A DNA stretch of 18,172 bases, taken from IMG/VR virus record IMGVR_UViG_3300045988_006903, positions 1 to 18,172 of that record; one strand, given 5' to 3'. Under the pieces are notes generated by a model, which saw only the letters and a program-made list of their open reading frames with translations, searched no databases and had not been told where the DNA came from. Position 1 is the first letter of the stretch. Every line of letters begins with the position of its first letter. Made by a program: the position numbers and the translations under genes. Origin of the DNA: a virus. Positions 14,073 through 18,172 of this stretch are shown piece after piece.

Positions 14073-15293
14073 ATGAGTATGGTAGACGTACAAGCGTGGT
14101 TGGAACGAACCCAAAACCAATTTTGGGATATGGACGGGGCTTATGGTGCCCAATGTTGGGACCTGTGGGCAAAATACTGCATGGACTGCTATAATCTGTC
14201 GTTGGGGGACTGTATTACCCCGACCGGATACGCCGAGGGGAATTACACTCACTTTCCTACTACAGCGGCAGTGGGGCGCGTGTTCGAGAAAAAAAGCGCC
14301 GACTATACGCCCGTAATGGGAGACGTTGTATTTTGGACGTTCGGGAGTCGAATCTACACAGGCAGTCACGTGGCTATCGTCTGGGGTGGCGTCCAAGGGG
14401 ATAATATCGATGTGCTGACACAAAACCCGACGCCCGCGGTCCACCAATCGCTACCGCTCATGAAGGGTTCGCAGCTACTCGGCTATCTGCATCCCACGGC
14501 ACTACCGGAACCTCCCGAATCTGGGTACAACCCCACTGGGGGCAATAATCCGGGCGTGAGTGTAGACGGCGATATATCCACGTGGATTCAGATGCAGGGC
14601 GATAACCTCATATATCACAGCGGCTCGGGCACAACATCATCACAAGCCATTTTCTACAAGGCGAGCGCCCAGACATGGATATACCGTGGCGGCAAAGGTC
14701 AGCCGAACGCCGACCAAGGACAGGGCACGCCAAGCGTGGGCGACGGGGAGAGTTCATACGCGCTCTACGTTATTGGCACCGTTGAATCATCATTGCGCTG
14801 GGATGCAGTCGAATCAAATAATCAGGGTATCGGCATCGCACAATGGTCATTCGGCAGACGCTTACAGGTGTTGGACGCCATGAAGGCGGTTGACGCCGAG
14901 GGGTATAAAGCGTTTGCCGCTGCCGCGCCAAATATCGCCACGCTTATGGAGTCAGGCGGCACGTTTGACAGGGCAATGACTAGTAGCGAGGTCGTGGCGT
15001 TTCAGACGTGGGCGCGGCGCACGGAATCACGACAGGGACAGCGGGACCAATTCGCCAAGGATTACGAGGGCTACCCGCAAACGTATGATGATGCGAAAAT
15101 GCAGATACTATGGACATGCGCATATCATCAAAGTCCGGCAGGAGCGTTGGACGTGCCGCATTCTTCATCGCTCACGCAACTGTATAACAATATCCTCAAT
15201 ACACCCCCATTCGGGCCATACGGGACACGCTACAATACCGCCTATTCGCTGCTGAATGTGTGGGACGGGTCTAGTGCGTCACCGAACTTTTAG
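14073..15293 (+). CDS. Virion-associated peptidoglycan hydrolase: N-terminal CHAP peptidase plus C-terminal tail-lysozyme-like domain
   Basis: CHAP motifs are DGAYGAQCWDLW (Cys codon 14154..14156) and GSHVAIVW (His codon 14367..14369). The C-terminal half has GTVESS....ESNNQGIGIAQWSFGRRLQVL, resembling the phage tail lysozyme family. Its position corresponds to phi29 gp13. No SD is present; a possible leaderless start at ATG 14079 lies behind TGGTACCAT. Confidence 0.8.
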   Translation: MSMVDVQAWLERTQNQFWDMDGAYGAQCWDLWAKYCMDCYNLSLGDCITPTGYAEGNYTHFPTTAAVGRVFEKKSADYTPVMGDVVFWTFGSRIYTGSHVAIVWGGVQGDNIDVLTQNPTPAVHQSLPLMKGSQLLGYLHPTALPEPPESGYNPTGGNNPGVSVDGDISTWIQMQGDNLIYHSGSGTTSSQAIFYKASAQTWIYRGGKGQPNADQGQGTPSVGDGESSYALYVIGTVESSLRWDAVESNNQGIGIAQWSFGRRLQVLDAMKAVDAEGYKAFAAAAPNIATLMESGGTFDRAMTSSEVVAFQTWARRTESRQGQRDQFAKDYEGYPQTYDDAKMQILWTCAYHQSPAGALDVPHSSSLTQLYNNILNTPPFGPYGTRYNTAYSLLNVWDGSSASPNF

Positions 15294-15302
15294 CACAACG
15301 AC

Positions 15303-15326
15303 AAGCCGGTAGATATCTACCGGCTT
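15303..15326 (+). terminator. Hairpin terminator candidate
   Basis: Perfect 24-nt palindrome AAGCCGGTAGAT|ATCTACCGGCTT, starting 10 nt after the stop codon. ATCATTATTG follows. Confidence 0.5.
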
Positions 15327-15338
15327 ATCATTATTGTA

Positions 15339-15347
15339 TGGTAGAAT
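15339..15347 (+). promoter_or_regulatory. Extended -10 promoter candidate (TGGTAGAAT) for the packaging ATPase
   Basis: TGn plus TAGAAT, then 7 nt, then ATG 15355 with no SD. This is the same leaderless geometry seen at 527 and 9738. Confidence 0.45.
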
Positions 15348-15354
15348 GGATATT

Positions 15355-16452
15355 ATGGAGAGACTGTTAGCGGAAGACGATTATTACGATTATGGGCGCG
15401 TGTTGTCCTATCACGCGCCTTGGATGTTCGTAATCGGAGCACGCGGCCTCGGTAAAACTTATGGTGCCAAAAAATTGGTAATCGGTGACTGGATTAAGAA
15501 ACGATGGCAGTTCATTTATCTTCGCCGGACAGCCGAGGAGCAGAAGAATAAAGGCACGTGGTTTGCGGATATCGCGGAGCAATATCCAGAACTAGAGTTT
15601 AGGATATCCGGCAGTCAGGCCGAATGCCACTGGACAGATGACAGGGACGCAACCACCGACAAGCATGGCAAGAAACGCCCGACATGGCACATCATGGGAT
15701 ATTTTATCGCCCTATCGCAGGCTGGACAGGTGAAATCAGTTGCCTACCCCAGAGTACGAACGATTATCTTCGACGAAATATTCCCCGATAATATGCGATA
15801 CCTTGGCGGAGAAGTCACGGCACTTGAGGAATTTTACAACACGGTTGACCGTTGGAATGACCGAGTCCGCGTTATCATGTGCAGCAATGCCGTAACGTTG
15901 GCTAATCCATATTTCAGCGCGTTTGATATCAACCTAAAACCGCAGCTAGACAATCACACACAATATCAGCGATATTGCGATGGGTTTATTATGGTGGAAT
16001 TAGCCGATTACGGCGGGTTCAGCACAAAGGTTGCCACATCCAAATTCGGCACGTTCCTACGTAAATATGATGAGAATTATGCGAATTATGCAATCGACAA
16101 CGATTTTAGAGATAATGCCAATGCTCTCATTAGTGATTTTAATAACGCCGGTTATGCGTTCTCATTAAGAACCACCGAATACGGTATTTTCAACATCTAT
16201 CAGCAATTAAGCGATACCGACGAAATCTTATATATCATCACAAAAAAACAGCCTAAAATCACAAGAAATTTTACATTTGACTATAGACTGGTCGATAACG
16301 ATTGCATAATGCTCAAACGTTCGGACGACATGACACAGAAAATATTGAACGCCTATCGCGTCGGTAGATTACGATTCGAAACCCCGCAAATTAAGGCGGA
16401 GTTCAGTATGATTCTTGGCGGCTTATTGCAGCAATCAGGCATAAGAAAGTGA
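15355..16452 (+). CDS. DNA encapsidation (packaging) ATPase, phi29 gp16-like
   Basis: Walker A is VIGARGLGKTY (15436..15459) and Walker B is RTIIFDEI (15763..15777). The size is about 365 aa. The ORF track begins at TTG 15334, with alternative ATGs at 15346 and 15355. Confidence 0.9.
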   Translation: MERLLAEDDYYDYGRVLSYHAPWMFVIGARGLGKTYGAKKLVIGDWIKKRWQFIYLRRTAEEQKNKGTWFADIAEQYPELEFRISGSQAECHWTDDRDATTDKHGKKRPTWHIMGYFIALSQAGQVKSVAYPRVRTIIFDEIFPDNMRYLGGEVTALEEFYNTVDRWNDRVRVIMCSNAVTLANPYFSAFDINLKPQLDNHTQYQRYCDGFIMVELADYGGFSTKVATSKFGTFLRKYDENYANYAIDNDFRDNANALISDFNNAGYAFSLRTTEYGIFNIYQQLSDTDEILYIITKKQPKITRNFTFDYRLVDNDCIMLKRSDDMTQKILNAYRVGRLRFETPQIKAEFSMILGGLLQQSGIRK

Positions 16453-16459
16453 GGAATAT

Positions 16460-16825
16460 ATGCCAACCCATGAATTAATTGTTATCGGCATCGTGTTTCT
16501 ATTGGTGCTTATTGACTACGTAACAGGCGTGGTCAACGCAATCATGCACGGCGAATTGTCCAGCGAGAAAATGCGGAGGGGGCTTGGTCACAAGTTCGCG
16601 TACTTGGCGATTATTTGCGTCGCGTTAATCGTAGAATACGGTTCGGATTACATTGACTTGGGAATCGAACTACCGGTATTCATGCCGGTATGCGTAGGCA
16701 TCTGCCTAATTGAAATTACCTCGATTATGGAGAATTGCGTAAAAATCAATCCAGAATTAAGCGGCTCAAACATTCTGGACATTTTCAATATCGAGAGGAA
16801 GGAAAACAATGATAAAGAGGATTGA
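16460..16825 (+). CDS. Holin (phage_holin_4_1-like)
   Basis: SD GAGGAA. It has TM segments with the characteristic LIDYVTGVVNAIMHGELSSEKMRRGLGHKFAYL pattern and a charged C-terminal tail (RKENNDKED). It lies directly upstream of the endolysin. Confidence 0.8.
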   Translation: MPTHELIVIGIVFLLVLIDYVTGVVNAIMHGELSSEKMRRGLGHKFAYLAIICVALIVEYGSDYIDLGIELPVFMPVCVGICLIEITSIMENCVKINPELSGSNILDIFNIERKENNDKED

Positions 16826-16855
16826 AACAATCGCATACAGTGCGAAGGCAGAATA

Positions 16856-17701
16856 ATGGACGGCGTGAAATGGATAGGTTCACCGAACCACTACAATGGA
16901 CGGAACGGATACGCCGTGACCCACATAACACTACACATCATGGTCGGCCACCTTGCGGGAACAGACAGCGTATTCTTAAATGCCGGTTCGCAGGCAAGCG
17001 CACATTACGGCATTGGCGCAGACGGGACTGTACATCAATACGTAAGCGAGAGTGACGGCAGTTACAGCGACGCCAATTTCGCGTCAAACAACTCGACAAT
17101 CAGCATAGAGCACGAAGGCGGCATGGCCGGAATACCATGTACCAAGTCGTGCATGGACGCTTCCGCCCGACTATGCGCCGATATTGCGCGACGTCAAGGA
17201 TGGACGCGACTATGGCACGACGGACTCAACGGCAACATCTGGCTACACCGCGAAGTGCCCGGCACCGACCACTACGGGTGCCCAGACAGGACGGTAAACG
17301 GACTTGATGTAAACTACGTCATTGACAAAGCAAACCAAATACTAGGAAGGGACGACGAAGTGTCAGCAGCAGACGTAACCACAGGACTCTACCAAACCAA
17401 AGGCAACGACGGACGAAACTTATTCGACGGAGTTATACAGACACGGAACGAGCTGAAAGACAGGGCCATAGATGCGCTATATCAAGCCAAAGGCAACGAC
17501 GGACGAAATCTATTCGACGGAGTTATACAAGCACGCTGGGATATTGCCGAACTGAAGACCATGCTCACAGCACAAACAGCAGCCATCGAAGCACTCAGCA
17601 AGACAGTAGGGGCTAACCCAGAAACCATAGCCCAGACAGTGCAGAACGCTGTTAAAAAGAAACTAGACAGCCTGCATATCACCGTAACAGACAAACAGTA
17701 A
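16856..17701 (+). CDS. Endolysin: N-acetylmuramoyl-L-alanine amidase (Amidase_2/PGRP type) with an unusual repeat-containing C-terminus
   Basis: SD GAAGG. Motifs are ITLHIMVGHL, SAHYGIGADGTVHQYV, NNSTISIEHEG and HREVPGTDHYGCPD, which look like the Zn-ligand His/His/Cys pattern. The C-terminal ~110 aa holds two 20-aa repeats and a helical tail. No LysM, SH3 or CW-binding motif is recognisable. Confidence 0.9.
   Translation: MDGVKWIGSPNHYNGRNGYAVTHITLHIMVGHLAGTDSVFLNAGSQASAHYGIGADGTVHQYVSESDGSYSDANFASNNSTISIEHEGGMAGIPCTKSCMDASARLCADIARRQGWTRLWHDGLNGNIWLHREVPGTDHYGCPDRTVNGLDVNYVIDKANQILGRDDEVSAADVTTGLYQTKGNDGRNLFDGVIQTRNELKDRAIDALYQAKGNDGRNLFDGVIQARWDIAELKTMLTAQTAAIEALSKTVGANPETIAQTVQNAVKKKLDSLHITVTDKQ
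17387..17536 (+). repeat. In-frame tandem duplication (90-nt period) in the endolysin C-terminus
   Basis: 17387..17446 encodes LYQTKGNDGRNLFDGVIQTR and 17477..17536 encodes LYQAKGNDGRNLFDGVIQAR. The DNA is nearly identical, including a shared CCAAAGGCAACGACGGACGAAA core. Confidence 0.85.
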
Positions 17702-17710
17702 GAGAGACAA

Positions 17711-17750
17711 AGTAAAAGCCCCTAGGTTTATCGACCTAGGGGCTTTTACT
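17711..17750. terminator. Bidirectional terminator between the late operon and the right ITR gene
   Basis: Perfect 16-bp stem AGTAAAAGCCCCTAGG/CCTAGGGGCTTTTACT with an 8-nt loop. T-rich sequence is at or after the stem on both strands. It sits between convergent stop codons at 17701 and 17758. Confidence 0.75.
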
Positions 17751-17757
17751 TTATCTC

Positions 17758-17958
17758 TCACGCTTCCTCAAACGCTTCCGTAAAATCATCAGCCGGAAAC
17801 GAATCACAATCATCATATTTCTCAATGACCATATCATTGACCAAAGCCACATGATGCAGATTCTCGACAATCGCATCAACGTCAAACTCATCGACGAATT
17901 GGTCACTGTTCAGGACGTAGTCTTCGACATAATTCTTAATGATGCTGTTGCTAATCAT
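17758..17958 (-). CDS. Second copy of the ITR-encoded small acidic protein (66 aa)
   Basis: The protein is identical to that of 215..415. It is transcribed inward from the right end, and the promoter and SD are duplicated with the ITR. Confidence 0.75.
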   Translation of the reverse strand: MISNSIIKNYVEDYVLNSDQFVDEFDVDAIVENLHHVALVNDMVIEKYDDCDSFPADDFTEAFEEA

Positions 17959-17989
17959 TTTATCTTCCTTCCTATCGGTTGATATTCAC

Positions 17990-17998
17990 ATCATACCA
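17990..17998 (-). promoter_or_regulatory. Mirror copy of the ITR promoter candidate (TGGTATGAT on the - strand)
   Basis: Reverse complement of 175..183. Confidence 0.5.
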
Positions 17999-18122
17999 CA
18001 CCACAAAAAACAACACACCCAAAACACACAAAAAAACCAAACACAAAACAACCCACCACAACACGACCACCAGCAACAGCAATGAAAAACACAGAAGACC
18101 AAAGAAAACACAAACACACAAC
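17995..18122 (-). repeat. Mirror copy of the G+T tract in the right ITR
   Basis: Exact reverse complement of 51..178, reading as C+A on the + strand. Confidence 0.9.
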
Positions 18123-18172
18123 AGAGCGGTTATGGAAAAGAGTTAGCTGCTGGGGCCCCTCCCCTCCTTTTT

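Larger units (their letters stand above)
17758..18172. repeat. Right inverted terminal repeat (ITR), 415 bp
   Basis: Reverse complement of 1..415. The window ends ...CCCCTCCTTTTT, exactly mirroring the left terminus. Confidence 0.95.

Noticed and set aside
14187-14195. Exact TGCTATAAT inside the CHAP hydrolase gene
   Set aside because: There is no downstream in-frame start that would yield a sensible product, because the catalytic Cys lies upstream. It may be fortuitous or a weak internal promoter, so I did not list it as a feature.
13998-14447. 149-aa ORF on the - strand overlapping the CHAP domain
   Set aside because: The + strand frame encodes clear CHAP catalytic motifs. The antisense ORF has no signals.
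1-18172. CRISPR arrays, integrase or repressor lysogeny module, transposase/IS elements, toxin-antitoxin pairs
   Set aside because: There are no regularly spaced direct repeats and no ORFs with recombinase, HTH-repressor or transposase motifs. The only repeats are the ITRs and the endolysin in-frame duplication.

Overview
The window appears to be a complete linear genome (18,172 bp) of a small phi29-like podovirus that replicates by protein priming. It starts and ends exactly at a 415-bp inverted terminal repeat (ITR). Every gene is on the + strand except the copy of one ITR gene at the right end. Gene order: ITR-encoded acidic 66-aa protein; small early genes including two hydrophobic peptides; a possible p6-like protein; phage-type SSB; basic terminal-protein candidate; family-B protein-primed DNA polymerase; structured 180-bp intergenic region; acidic scaffold; major capsid protein with C-terminal Ig-like domains; tail knob (phi29 gp9-like); connector/portal (gp10-like); lower collar; three tail-appendage genes, one carrying an SGNH esterase; CHAP plus tail-lysozyme hydrolase; gp16-like packaging ATPase; holin; amidase_2 endolysin; bidirectional terminator; right ITR. 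I saw no integrase, repressor, tRNA or CRISPR array, so a virulent lifestyle in a Gram-positive host is likely. The most unusual features are the long gene-carrying ITR with a near-pure G+T tract, the duplicated inward-facing acidic ITR gene (a DNA-mimic or anti-defence candidate), and a polymerase whose exonuclease motifs look degenerate. Also notable are TGnTATAAT promoters fused to stop codons and feeding leaderless ATGs, and a promoter-driven structured region that could be a pRNA-like RNA. All protein calls come from motif recognition by eye and synteny with phi29, not from database searches.
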